From contig CAXBJY010000004.1 of the NCBI GenBank assembly GCA_963976285.1, positions 15,107-79,106 of the forward strand: a DNA stretch of 64,000 nt, read 5' to 3'. Source of the stretch: an uncultured Gammaproteobacteria bacterium. GTDB lineage: Bacteria; Pseudomonadota; Gammaproteobacteria; Ga0077536. Both the position numbers and the translations under genes were made by a program. Numbering within the stretch: position 1 is the first letter of the stretch; every line of letters begins with the position of its first letter. Below the pieces are notes generated by a model. That model was not told the origin of the DNA. It searched no databases and saw nothing but the letters and a program-made list of their open reading frames with translations. Below are positions 8,329 through 17,952 of the stretch, in pieces.

Positions 8329-10107
8329 ATGTCCAAAATCGCCGTCAAGCTCCCCCCCAGCCTGTACTCCGCGCCCGCCAGCGACACCACGACGCCCGCG
8401 GACGCGAACACGATTACCGCGGTTCTGGGCCAGCTCATCGACAGCATGCAGGAGCCGGCTTACCTGCTGGATCGCAGTCACCGCTGGGTTTACGTGAATC
8501 AGGCCTACTGCGAGTACATGGGCTGCACCCGCGCGCGACTCCTCGGTCTGACCGTACGCGATATTCTTGCCCCGGCCGAAGCGAACAGCGTGTGGGAGAA
8601 CGACGATGTTGCGTTCAAGACCGGCGAGACCGTTGTCAACGAATCCGTCACCCCCGCCGGGGTCTCCGCGCCGCGTGTATTGCAGACACGCAAGGCCATC
8701 GTTCACGCGCCCGCGGGGCAACTCTACCTGTTCGGGAGCGTGCGCGACCTGACCGGCACGGATGATGCCCGGCAACTCCTGCGCGGACCGACGGCCAGAG
8801 CCGGCGATCGCGCGTGTACGATCCGCAACCTCGGCTACGGCCAGATCCGTTTCGTATTCTCCGATCCGCTGACCCAGTTGCCAAACCGCCGCGCCGCGAT
8901 GAACCTGATCGACACGATCTCGGCGAGGGCAGATTCGGACACGGCGGTTCTGTTGCTCAACATCGACCATTTCTCGCTCGTCAACGATCGCTTCGGCTAC
9001 GGTCTCGGCGATGCCGCGATGATCGAAGTCGCGCAGCGCTTGCGCGGCGCAATGGGTACGCGGCATACGCTCGGTCGGCTCGACAACGATGAGTTCGTCA
9101 TCATCGCCGAGCAATGCGATCCGATGCACGCGGATCTGCTGGCCGAACAGTTGCTCGGTCATATCACTCAGCCGATGTCGCTTGGCGATTATGACTACCG
9201 TCTGTCGGCTTCGATTGGTATCGCGCTCATGCCCGAACACGGACGCACCGCATCCGAACTCGTACGCAATGCCGGGCTGGCGATGCGCTTGTGCAAACAG
9301 CGCCGACGCGGACAGTCCGAACGCTACTCGCAGCGCGCGAGTGCCGCCGCAGAACGTCGCGCGAGCATCGAATTGCGCCTCGCGGCGGCGGTAGAGCAGG
9401 GCCGAATCCAGGTGCACTATCAGCCGTTCATCGACGGAACGAGCGGCGAGCTGCGCGGCTTCGAAGCGCTTGCCCGCTGGACCGATCCCGAACTCGGGGT
9501 AATCGAACCCTCGGAGTTCATTCCGATCGCCGAAAGCACCGGCATTATCCGGCGGCTCGGGCAGGACGTACTCGAACAGGCCTGTACGATGGCGGCAACG
9601 CTCGCCGACGATTCGCTGACGGTTTCGGTCAACGTATCGAGTGTGCAGTTGATCGACGAAACGTTTCCGATCGCCGTTGCCGAAACACTCCAGCGGTGCG
9701 AGATGCCGGGCGAGCGTCTGTTGCTCGAAATCACGGAGACCGTCGCCATGGCGGCGGACGATACGGTGGCGCAAACACTGAAGGAACTGTCGGACATCGG
9801 GGTCCGTCTGCTGATCGATGATTTCGGTACCGGGTTCTCGAATCTCGCGCGTCTCAAGACCTTGCCCATCTGCGGTATCAAGATTGATCGTGATTTCGTC
9901 GCCGACCTGCCGGATTCGCCGCAGGACTCCGCGATCTTTCGCGCCGCGCACGCGATCGCGACGGCGATGGGACTGATGATCATCGTCGAGGGGATCGAAA
10001 ACGCGGCCCAGGACGCATTCGTGCGCGAGTTCCCCATCGACTATCTTCAGGGTTATCACTTCGGCTTGCCGCTGCCGGTCAAAAAACTGGGTCGCTATAC
10101 GCGCTGA
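8329..10107 (+). CDS. PAS-GGDEF(degenerate)-EAL c-di-GMP phosphodiesterase
   Basis: N-terminal PAS-like region. The GGDEF signature is replaced by RLDNDEF. The EAL domain is intact (EALARW, DDFGTG, EITE, EGIE). Confidence 0.85.
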   Translation: MSKIAVKLPPSLYSAPASDTTTPADANTITAVLGQLIDSMQEPAYLLDRSHRWVYVNQAYCEYMGCTRARLLGLTVRDILAPAEANSVWENDDVAFKTGETVVNESVTPAGVSAPRVLQTRKAIVHAPAGQLYLFGSVRDLTGTDDARQLLRGPTARAGDRACTIRNLGYGQIRFVFSDPLTQLPNRRAAMNLIDTISARADSDTAVLLLNIDHFSLVNDRFGYGLGDAAMIEVAQRLRGAMGTRHTLGRLDNDEFVIIAEQCDPMHADLLAEQLLGHITQPMSLGDYDYRLSASIGIALMPEHGRTASELVRNAGLAMRLCKQRRRGQSERYSQRASAAAERRASIELRLAAAVEQGRIQVHYQPFIDGTSGELRGFEALARWTDPELGVIEPSEFIPIAESTGIIRRLGQDVLEQACTMAATLADDSLTVSVNVSSVQLIDETFPIAVAETLQRCEMPGERLLLEITETVAMAADDTVAQTLKELSDIGVRLLIDDFGTGFSNLARLKTLPICGIKIDRDFVADLPDSPQDSAIFRAAHAIATAMGLMIIVEGIENAAQDAFVREFPIDYLQGYHFGLPLPVKKLGRYTR

Positions 10108-10138
10108 TCGAGCGTGGGCGATCGCGGAGCCTTGCATC

Positions 10139-10621
10139 ATGATTAAATCGCATTGCGCACGGCTCGGCGTCTTGTTGCTGGCATGTCTGTGCGCGCCTGT
10201 GGCTGTGGCCGAGAACGTCGCGCTGACCCTGGCGTTCGGCGGCGATCCCGGCTCGCCGCTTACGCACGCCTACAGTTACGGCTTGCCGGAGACAACGGAG
10301 GCGACCTACACGCTGCGCGTTCCGGTGGTCAATCCGGCCGTTCGCGACGTGTTCCACGATACGGTACTGACCGTGTCGAATCCGGAGAAAATCGTCCAGC
10401 GGGTGAGCGCATCACGCGCCTTTCGCTCGCTCGCCGAGTGTGACACGGCACGGGAAATTATCGCCGCGACGCTCGCAACGGCACTGCCGCTGGAAACGGT
10501 TGGCGACGACCACTGGCAGCGTCGTTCGGCCGACGGCCGTGTGCTGGCGCGCGCCACGTGCGAGCGCCTGCGCCACGAGCCGGTGCCGGTGCTGAATCTC
10601 GAACTCGCGCTGCGACAGTAG
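10139..10621 (+). CDS. hypothetical secreted protein
   Basis: Signal peptide MIKSHCARLGVLLLACLCAPVAVA. No recognisable domain. Confidence 0.5.
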   Translation: MIKSHCARLGVLLLACLCAPVAVAENVALTLAFGGDPGSPLTHAYSYGLPETTEATYTLRVPVVNPAVRDVFHDTVLTVSNPEKIVQRVSASRAFRSLAECDTAREIIAATLATALPLETVGDDHWQRRSADGRVLARATCERLRHEPVPVLNLELALRQ

Positions 10622-10630
10622 GCCGCCGGT

Positions 10631-12973
10631 CTAGGCGTCCGGCAAATCGAGCACGTTCTTCGCGAGAATATTGCGCTGGATCTCGTTGCTGCCGCCGTAG
10701 ATCGTCGCCGGCCGCGCATTGTAGAACTGGCTCAGGATGTTTGCCTTGCCGGCGCCGAAATCGCGATCGCCACGCTCGGCGCCGAATTCACCCGCCGCCT
10801 CGAGCATCAGCTCGGTCAGGCTCGCGAACGTTTCCGTCGCCCAGACCTTGAGCAAGGAAACATCCGGCCCGAGCGTGCCGCCGTCGCGGACGATTTGCGC
10901 GTACGTCGCATAAATACTCTCGAGGTCCAGCGTATCGAGTTTCAGCCGGGTCAGACGGTCGAGAAAACCGGGGTCTTCGTACAGGCCGCGCCCGGCGGCG
11001 ATGCTTTCGAGCCGTTGCAAGGCGTACTGCGATTGTTTCGGGCTGCCGATAAAAATCCGCTCGAAACTCAACAGCGCCTTCGCAATCCGCCAGCCGTTGT
11101 TCATGTCGCCGACGATGTTTTCCGCCGGTACCCGGACGTCATCGAAAAATACTTCGCAGAATTCCTCGTCGCCCGCGAGATTGCGAATCGGCCGGATCGT
11201 GATCCCCGGTGAGGTGACGTCGACGAGCAGGAAGCTGATCCCGGCTTGCTGCTTGACGGTTTTGTCCGTGCGTACGAGCAGGAAAATATGTGTCGCGTGC
11301 TGCGCCATCGTGGTCCAGGTCTTTTGTCCGTTGACGACGAACTCGTCGCCGTCGAGCACGGCTTCGCACTGCAGACTCGCGAGGTCGGAGCCCGAATTCG
11401 GTTCCGAGTATCCCTGGCACCAGACGTTCTCGCCGGCGAGAATCTTCGGCAGGTAATAATCCCGTTGCGCCTGCGTGCCATGCTGGATCAGCAGCGGCCC
11501 AATCATGACGATGCCCATGTCCGGCGCGCGCGCGATGCCCCAGCGTTCCTGCTCTTCCATGAACACGAGGACTTTCGACGGCGACAGACCCATACCACCG
11601 TACTCGACCGGCCAGCTCGGCGCGAGCCAGCCTTTCGCCGACAATTGCATGTACCACGGTTTGATTTCCGCCCAGTGCAGGCGTCGCGGCGGATAGCGCA
11701 ATTCCTCGGGATACTCCGCTTCGAACCAGGCGCGCACGATGTGACGGAAAGATTCATCGTCGAGCGAATTCCAGTCGCCGTCTTCCGGATCGGCCGGTAC
11801 GTCGCCGACGAACCCGTCGTTCGACTCGGCCGTGGCGGACCGGCGCAGCAGGGCGCCGAGCGTGCGCAGATGCGTCGACCCGGCGCCGTGGCGGGCGCTC
11901 AGCACGAGCGCACGGTTCACGTAGTGGCCGATATCGCATTCGTAGGTGAAGCCGATCGCGCCATGCATTTGTATCGCTTCGCGCGTGATCATGCGCGCAC
12001 CGATGTTCGCGCGGTAGATCGCGCGGGCCGCCAGCACGGATCGTTGCGCCGGATCCCCGGCTTCGAACCCCGCCAGCGCATCCGCGACGACGGCGGCGGC
12101 GAGCTTGTGTTGAATGAACATATCGACGGCGCGATGCTGCAGGGCCTGAAAGCTCCCGAGCGCGCGGCCAAATTGCTTGCGCGTGCGTAGATAGTCGAGC
12201 GTCGTCTCGAGCGTCTGCGACATGAGTCCGCACAGGTAGGCGGCACTGAGTATGAAGTCTGCATCAATTGCCCGGTCGAGTGCCGCATGCGCCTCGGCGC
12301 CGCGCGCGATCACCGCGTCCGTGGCGACTGTGACGTCGGTGAACGTCACTTCGGCGTGGGTCGTATTGTCCGCAAGGTGGCGTGATTCGAGCGCTGTGCC
12401 CGACGCGTCGGCGGCAACGAGACACAGCAACAGTTCGCCGTTGTCATCGGCAGCGACGATGAAACTGTCGGCGGTACGGGCCAGCGGGATGCAATCCGCG
12501 TTGCCCGTGAGCACGTAGCCATCGCCGTTGCGAGCGGCCCGTGGCAGGCCGCTGCTCGTGCCGCGCCGATAAGGCGCGGCGCACACGACGGGCTGCCGCG
12601 CGCCGCTGCCGATATCGCCGAGTAACCGGTCCCGGTTCGCCGAGGCCGGGGCCGCCGTGAGCAAGTTGACCGCGAATCCCGCGGTTTCGAGCATGGGCTC
12701 CGGCGCGACGACGCGACCCAGTTCTTCAGCAACGACGGCGGCTGCGGTGAGGTCGAGGCCGAGGCCGTCGCACGCTTCCGGCACGAGGATCGCGGCCCAG
12801 CCGAGTTCGACCATCTGCTGCCACACGGCGGCATCGAAATCCGCGTCCGTTTGCTTCAACGCCTTGAGGCGGGCGGGTGCGGCGTCGCGCGTGCAAAACG
12901 TGATCGCGCTGTCGCGCAGCATATTGTGTTCCGCTGTCGGGTCGTCCGGGATCGCCTGCGCTGTTTCGCTCAT
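10631..12973 (-). CDS. fused two-domain acyl-CoA dehydrogenase
   Basis: 780-aa ORF with two tandem ACAD-like halves (FadE-type). Start taken at MSETAQ. Confidence 0.8.
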   Translation of the reverse strand: MSETAQAIPDDPTAEHNMLRDSAITFCTRDAAPARLKALKQTDADFDAAVWQQMVELGWAAILVPEACDGLGLDLTAAAVVAEELGRVVAPEPMLETAGFAVNLLTAAPASANRDRLLGDIGSGARQPVVCAAPYRRGTSSGLPRAARNGDGYVLTGNADCIPLARTADSFIVAADDNGELLLCLVAADASGTALESRHLADNTTHAEVTFTDVTVATDAVIARGAEAHAALDRAIDADFILSAAYLCGLMSQTLETTLDYLRTRKQFGRALGSFQALQHRAVDMFIQHKLAAAVVADALAGFEAGDPAQRSVLAARAIYRANIGARMITREAIQMHGAIGFTYECDIGHYVNRALVLSARHGAGSTHLRTLGALLRRSATAESNDGFVGDVPADPEDGDWNSLDDESFRHIVRAWFEAEYPEELRYPPRRLHWAEIKPWYMQLSAKGWLAPSWPVEYGGMGLSPSKVLVFMEEQERWGIARAPDMGIVMIGPLLIQHGTQAQRDYYLPKILAGENVWCQGYSEPNSGSDLASLQCEAVLDGDEFVVNGQKTWTTMAQHATHIFLLVRTDKTVKQQAGISFLLVDVTSPGITIRPIRNLAGDEEFCEVFFDDVRVPAENIVGDMNNGWRIAKALLSFERIFIGSPKQSQYALQRLESIAAGRGLYEDPGFLDRLTRLKLDTLDLESIYATYAQIVRDGGTLGPDVSLLKVWATETFASLTELMLEAAGEFGAERGDRDFGAGKANILSQFYNARPATIYGGSNEIQRNILAKNVLDLPDA

Positions 12974-13122
12974 GTGTACTCGGTCCTGGTAAATCATTCG
13001 GGCCGAAAATTCTACCACGTGACCTGTCGACCGAAGCCGTGGGCGAATCGCGCGCCGGGTCCCGACGGCGACGTCATCCGTGATGCCGAAACGTTGCTAT
13101 CATCATCGGCCATTCGCACCGG

Positions 13123-14202
13123 ATGACCGCGTTGAAAGTAGAAACATTACTCCCGCTCGGCAAGGTCGATCCCGGCTTGCGCGAACCGGCTCAGCCGATC
13201 GACATCCATTCCATCTACGACGACGCGCAAACCGTCGAGGCGCTCGGCTACGACGCGCTCATGGTCGAGGAAACGAAGGTCGACCCGTATGTCGTAATGG
13301 CACTCGCCGCCCAGGCCACGACCCGGATCACGGTCGGTACCGCAGTCGCCATCGCGTTCGCCCGCAGCCCCACGGTGACGGCGATGGCGGCGTGGAATCT
13401 GCAGAAGCTGTCCGGTGGCCGCTTCGTACTCGGACTGGGTACGCAGGTCAAAGGCCACATCGAGCGACGCTTCGGGATGAAGTGGTCCGCGCCGGGCCCG
13501 TGGATGCGCGAGTACGTACAGGCCATGCGCGCGGTCTGGGACAGCTGGCAGTACGGTACGAAGCTCGATTTCAGTGGCGAACACTACCGCCTCGATTTGA
13601 TCGTCCCGCTGTTCGATCCCGGTCCGATCGAATATCCCCGCATCCCGGTGCATCTTGCGGCCGTCAACGAGTACCTGTGTCAGGTGGCGGGTGAAGTCGC
13701 CGACGGTGTGCGTCCACACCCGGTATGCACTGCCGATTACATCCGCGATGTCATGACCCCGGCATTGCGTCGCGGCGCGGAAATCGCGGGCCGCAGCGAC
13801 GACGCTTACGCGATCAGTATCAAACCGCTGATCGCAACCGCCGCGGATGAGGCAACCCTGGCAAACCGCATTCGTGATGTGCGCGCCCGGGTGTCGTTTT
13901 ATGCGTCCACCCCGGCCTATCGCGCGGCGTTCGCCCACCACGGCCTCGGTGAACTCGCCGATGAGTTGAAGTTGTTGTCGAAGGCGCAACGCTGGGAGGA
14001 GATGCCGGAGCGGATCAGTGACGAGGTATTACAGCGTTACGCCGTCGTCGGCTTGTACGACGAAATCGCCGACAAGCTTGTCGAGCGCTACGGGGGACTC
14101 GTGACAAACGCGGAATTCAGCATTCCGGTCAGCACCGCGGACGACCGCGAGCGCCTCGGCGGGATGCTCGCGGCCCTGCGCGCCGAAACCGCCGGCGCAT
14201 AA
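13123..14202 (+). CDS. LLM-class flavin-dependent oxidoreductase (TIGR03617-like)
   Basis: 359 aa, luciferase-like monooxygenase family (LGLGTQVKGHIERRFG). Confidence 0.75.
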   Translation: MTALKVETLLPLGKVDPGLREPAQPIDIHSIYDDAQTVEALGYDALMVEETKVDPYVVMALAAQATTRITVGTAVAIAFARSPTVTAMAAWNLQKLSGGRFVLGLGTQVKGHIERRFGMKWSAPGPWMREYVQAMRAVWDSWQYGTKLDFSGEHYRLDLIVPLFDPGPIEYPRIPVHLAAVNEYLCQVAGEVADGVRPHPVCTADYIRDVMTPALRRGAEIAGRSDDAYAISIKPLIATAADEATLANRIRDVRARVSFYASTPAYRAAFAHHGLGELADELKLLSKAQRWEEMPERISDEVLQRYAVVGLYDEIADKLVERYGGLVTNAEFSIPVSTADDRERLGGMLAALRAETAGA

Positions 14203-14367
14203 TCGGCCCCGGTATGGCAGCCGCCGGACCCGCACCCGCGAGGACCGCTTGCTTGTCCGTCCGCCGACGTGAGCGGGGAAATCAGCGCCGATATTTCCTA
14301 CAATTACCGGTGACCGGTCCGGCTAGCGGCGGGCCGATCGCGTTTCGAATCCCGGGGAGGACAACGC

Positions 14368-14826
14368 TTGAGCTATAACAACGATGGCTTCAAGGCCGGC
14401 AAGCGGGGCGATTCCGTGTTCAGTACGAATGACACGGCGGGATGGGTGGCTGGCAATGAAGTCCGGCAACTCGAGAAAAATTTCGAAAACCCGCTACAAG
14501 GCGAAGAGCACCCGAACGCCATCGCGATCATTACCCTGCTCGTCGCCACGGCTGGTTTCATCGCGTTGCTGCTGAACCATCACCTCGTACCCATATTCAT
14601 CACCGATCCGATCTGGCGCCTCGTCGCCGTTTGGCTCGGGTCGAGTGCCGCGACTTACTTTATTCTGAAAGCGCTGCCCGCGTGGCTGAGCGGGGCCGTC
14701 ATGGCACTTGTTCTCGGGGGCGCAGCGGGTTACGCGGGCTGGACCTATCTCGATCCGGTCTGGGCTACCGGGCTGAGTCTCGGCACCGGCGCGCTCATGT
14801 ACCTCGTTTACAGCACGCTGGAGTGA
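14368..14826 (+). CDS. hypothetical membrane protein
   Basis: TTG start 7 nt after a ggggagg SD. Three predicted TM helices. Confidence 0.5.
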   Translation: MSYNNDGFKAGKRGDSVFSTNDTAGWVAGNEVRQLEKNFENPLQGEEHPNAIAIITLLVATAGFIALLLNHHLVPIFITDPIWRLVAVWLGSSAATYFILKALPAWLSGAVMALVLGGAAGYAGWTYLDPVWATGLSLGTGALMYLVYSTLE

Positions 14827-14941
14827 CGCAACAGCGTCCGGTCGGTGTGCGGCGACGACGCGGATGCGCGGCTCGGCATTGGGTTCGCCAGGCTGGCGGC
14901 AGCGGGCAGCCGCTTGAAGTCGTACGAGATAACGAGATAAG

Positions 14942-14970
14942 AAACCCGCCGCGGCGGGTTTCCTTTTTGC
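14942..14970 (+). terminator. rho-independent terminator (aaacccgccgcggcgggttt + cctttttg), possibly bidirectional
   Basis: Perfect GC stem followed by a T-run. A-rich 5' flank. Confidence 0.65.
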
Positions 14971-15153
14971 GGTACTGATTCAATCGCGAATGACCGTGCC
15001 GGGCCGTATGCGCGGATTGTGGTCGCCGCGATGGCATACCACCGGAAACGGTGTCATCGATCCTCCCCTCGCGCCGCATAATGACGGTCTTATTGGCAGC
15101 AGGCACAATCGACGCTTCCATCGACAATAACTGCGAGCTGACGAGACCCTGCG

Positions 15154-16413
15154 ATGAGTGACCTGATCCCGGTTCGCCGCGTTGATAAAGCGTTAGTTGC
15201 CGTCGCCAGGGATATCCGGGTGCTCACTCAGCTGGAGTGGGATCCGCGCCTGCACGATATTTTTCTTGATGCCTGGCGACGCGGTGAGCCGCAATTGCCC
15301 GTCGTTAGCTACCGCAACGTCGACTACACGGGGCCGTTATTCGCGCTCGATGCACTCGTCACCGAAGCGGACCGTCTCGACCACCCCCTGGGACGTTTCC
15401 TCAGGCAAACCGCCGAGTCGTATCTGACCGTCGTGCGCATGCTGGACAACATCAACACGCCCGCAATGTCGGCGCTGTCGAAATCAATTTACGGATCGCC
15501 GGATGACCCGATCACGGGAGGCCAGGGCACCTCCAGTCTCGATGCGGCGAAATACTTTCTCAGCGTTGCCGGCGAGTTCTATCACGCACATCAACCCCTG
15601 GAATCCGATTTCTGTTTGTCGGCGCAATCGGTCGCGGCTGAAATTAAAACCGGCCTCGCGGAAGTTTTTCCAGACGGCGTGATCCAGGTTCAGATCGACA
15701 AAACGCTTGCCGCGAAAGCGGCGGCCGGTGCCACCCGCATTCGATTGCGTGACGCTACCTGCTTTTCCGAATACGACCACGAGCAGCTACTGCAACACGA
15801 GGCATTCGTCCACTCACTGACGGCGTTGAACGGCCGACGTCAGCCGAATCTGTCGACGCTGGGTATCGGTGCGCCACGTACCACGGCGGCGCAGGAAGGC
15901 CTGGCAACGTTCGCGGAACTTGTAACCGGCGCGATAGATATTGCGCGCCTCGAGCGTATCGCCATGCGGATCGTCGCGATCGATATGGCGCTCGGCGGGG
16001 CCGATTTTATCGAGATATTCAAATATTTCATGAACGCGGGGCAACCGGAATCGGAAAGCTACAATTCCACGGTGCGCGTATTTCGCGGTGCACCGCTCGG
16101 CGGCGGCCACGCATTCACGAAAGACTCCGTGTATTTGCGCGGGCTGCTCGAGGTGCATACGTTTTTTCGCTGGGCACTAAAGGAACAGAAACTTACGCTT
16201 GCCCAACATTTTTTTGCCGGCCGCATGACACTCGCCGATGTAATCCGTTACGAAGCATTCTTTCTTGACGGCACGCTCGCCCCGGCAGCCTACTTGCCGC
16301 CGTGGATGACGCGCACGACGGGTCTTGCCGGCTATCTCGCGTTCGCGGTGTTCGCGAACAACATCGACCTCTCGAGTCTGTACGCCGACCACGAGTTTCA
16401 CGCGCTGGGTTAA
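15154..16413 (+). CDS. flavohemoglobin expression-modulating QEGLA-motif protein (DUF1704, carboxypeptidase-like)
   Basis: Contains the diagnostic AAQEGLATFAE motif. The 419-aa length is typical of TIGR02421. Confidence 0.75.
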   Translation: MSDLIPVRRVDKALVAVARDIRVLTQLEWDPRLHDIFLDAWRRGEPQLPVVSYRNVDYTGPLFALDALVTEADRLDHPLGRFLRQTAESYLTVVRMLDNINTPAMSALSKSIYGSPDDPITGGQGTSSLDAAKYFLSVAGEFYHAHQPLESDFCLSAQSVAAEIKTGLAEVFPDGVIQVQIDKTLAAKAAAGATRIRLRDATCFSEYDHEQLLQHEAFVHSLTALNGRRQPNLSTLGIGAPRTTAAQEGLATFAELVTGAIDIARLERIAMRIVAIDMALGGADFIEIFKYFMNAGQPESESYNSTVRVFRGAPLGGGHAFTKDSVYLRGLLEVHTFFRWALKEQKLTLAQHFFAGRMTLADVIRYEAFFLDGTLAPAAYLPPWMTRTTGLAGYLAFAVFANNIDLSSLYADHEFHALG

Positions 16414-16583
16414 ATCCGGACGAGCAAGGAATTGCATGCCGGAATTCGCGGCCGCTTCGCGTCAGTAGAAACAGGCGCCACGCGGCATCGACATCGTGGC
16501 TGGGCATCGGGCGCCGCCGCGGGCGCGTTACGCACGCGGAATTTCGTCCACCGGGCAAAACTCCGCGCGCGGTAAGCCTTGAT

Positions 16584-17321
16584 CTAGACATCGTCGGCCA
16601 CGAGATGCCGCGCGAGGTCGCGCAGCAGGCCGGCCCCGTCGCCTTCCCACGCAGCACCGTGCATGCAGGCGAGGATCCGCGGCTCGGTGGCTGCCAGTTT
16701 ATCCGCGAGTTCTCCGGCGTGACGGGTATGTGAAAAATAATCCATCGCGTGCCGCATCGCCTCGCTGCTGGCGAGGATATCCTCACCGGTCAATGCCGGA
16801 TGCTCATGTCCTCCCTGGGTGAACAGATCGCCGCAAAACAGGGTCCCGGTGGTCTTTTCGAACAGGTGTCCACATTCCCAGCCGTGCGGAAAATGCGGTG
16901 TGTCCGTCCAGCGGACGACGTGCTCGCCGAGCGTCAACTCTTCGCCATCGGCAAGCGCCCGCGCCGGTCGCAGCGCGATGTCGTCGATGCTGACCATTTT
17001 CGCGATTTGCCCGCACAACGGCTCGGCTTCCGGCGCTCGCTCGAGGAACGCATTGAGCGAGCCGCATTCGTCGGCTTCGTAATGCGAGAAGCTGACGTAG
17101 CGCAGCGAACGCACGGGAATCACGGCTTCGATGGCCTGCTCGACGAGCGCGAACAGTTTGCTCGGCCCGGTATGGTAGAGCAGCGGTGCGTCGTCCACGA
17201 TAAGGTACTGATTGAACGTAAAGCCGCCCGGCATCGCTTCCGGTGGTATCGGTGTACTGATGCGATAGATGCCTTTCGCTATCTCGTCGATCGTCGTCCC
17301 GCTTTCCTGGTTCGTCATCAT
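16584..17321 (-). CDS. MBL-fold di-iron protein (ODP / flavodiiron N-terminal-like domain)
   Basis: FSHYEADECG is the HxExDx variant of the MBL motif used by ODP and flavodiiron di-iron sites. Confidence 0.65.
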   Translation of the reverse strand: MMTNQESGTTIDEIAKGIYRISTPIPPEAMPGGFTFNQYLIVDDAPLLYHTGPSKLFALVEQAIEAVIPVRSLRYVSFSHYEADECGSLNAFLERAPEAEPLCGQIAKMVSIDDIALRPARALADGEELTLGEHVVRWTDTPHFPHGWECGHLFEKTTGTLFCGDLFTQGGHEHPALTGEDILASSEAMRHAMDYFSHTRHAGELADKLAATEPRILACMHGAAWEGDGAGLLRDLARHLVADDV

Positions 17322-17395
17322 CGCAATAGCCCTCTGGAAAAATGCGCTCGGGAATCGAGCGCTGCGTTATACGAACGGATGCCGGTTGCCGACCC

Positions 17396-17800
17396 TCAAT
17401 CCTGTGCGTCGGCCATCCAGCGGTAGGCGAGATCCGCGGCAACCGCGATATCGGCGCGCTTGCCGAGGACCCCCGCGACGTACTCCTTGCATGCGTCGAC
17501 GTCGGTGTGTTCGAAATCCGCTTCGACGTACGTGATCAATTCGTGTGGATCGCAACGGAAGGCATAGAACAGAAACGGGTCGCCGTCAAACAGGAATATC
17601 GCGACCCCGTCGGTCACGACGTAGTGAAAGAACGGCTCGCCGACATGGGAGTCCGTTTCGAGGTCGTAGGACAGTGACGCTTCGCGGTAGGCGTGTGCTT
17701 CGGCGGCAAGGTGGCGTGGCGCGACGATCGTGCAACCGTGATGATCGAGCAATTCCTGGAGAACCCGGTTCAGCTCGGCGACGTCGGTGATTATCTCCAC
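17396..17800 (-). CDS. hypothetical small acidic protein
   Basis: Protein-like composition (VEIITDVAELNRVLQELLDHHGCTIV...). GTG start inferred. An overlapping + strand ORF (17342..17677) looks less protein-like. Confidence 0.4.
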   Translation of the reverse strand: MEIITDVAELNRVLQELLDHHGCTIVAPRHLAAEAHAYREASLSYDLETDSHVGEPFFHYVVTDGVAIFLFDGDPFLFYAFRCDPHELITYVEADFEHTDVDACKEYVAGVLGKRADIAVAADLAYRWMADAQD

Positions 17801-17952
17801 GGGTATACGGTCGTCGTGAACGGGGTTGTGCCCGCGTGGATCAATCAGCCCGCGCCGCCGCGAATCGCGGCGCGGCGCCGCCAAACGCCGCGCGGCGGAC
17901 CGTGCCGCAGAAACATGCCCCGCCGTACACGCTAGCGCGACTTCGGGCGCGC

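Noticed and set aside
14341-14367. ttcgaatcc string resembling a tRNA T-loop
   Set aside because: The flanking bases cannot form a T-stem (cgcgt versus cccgg). No acceptor or anticodon arms. It overlaps the ggggagg SD of the downstream CDS.
17342-17677. plus-strand 111-aa ORF overlapping the minus-strand small acidic protein
   Set aside because: GC3 is uninformative because the frames are phase-locked. The minus-strand product has a more globular, acidic composition and is co-directional with pntAB. I kept the minus-strand call at low confidence.
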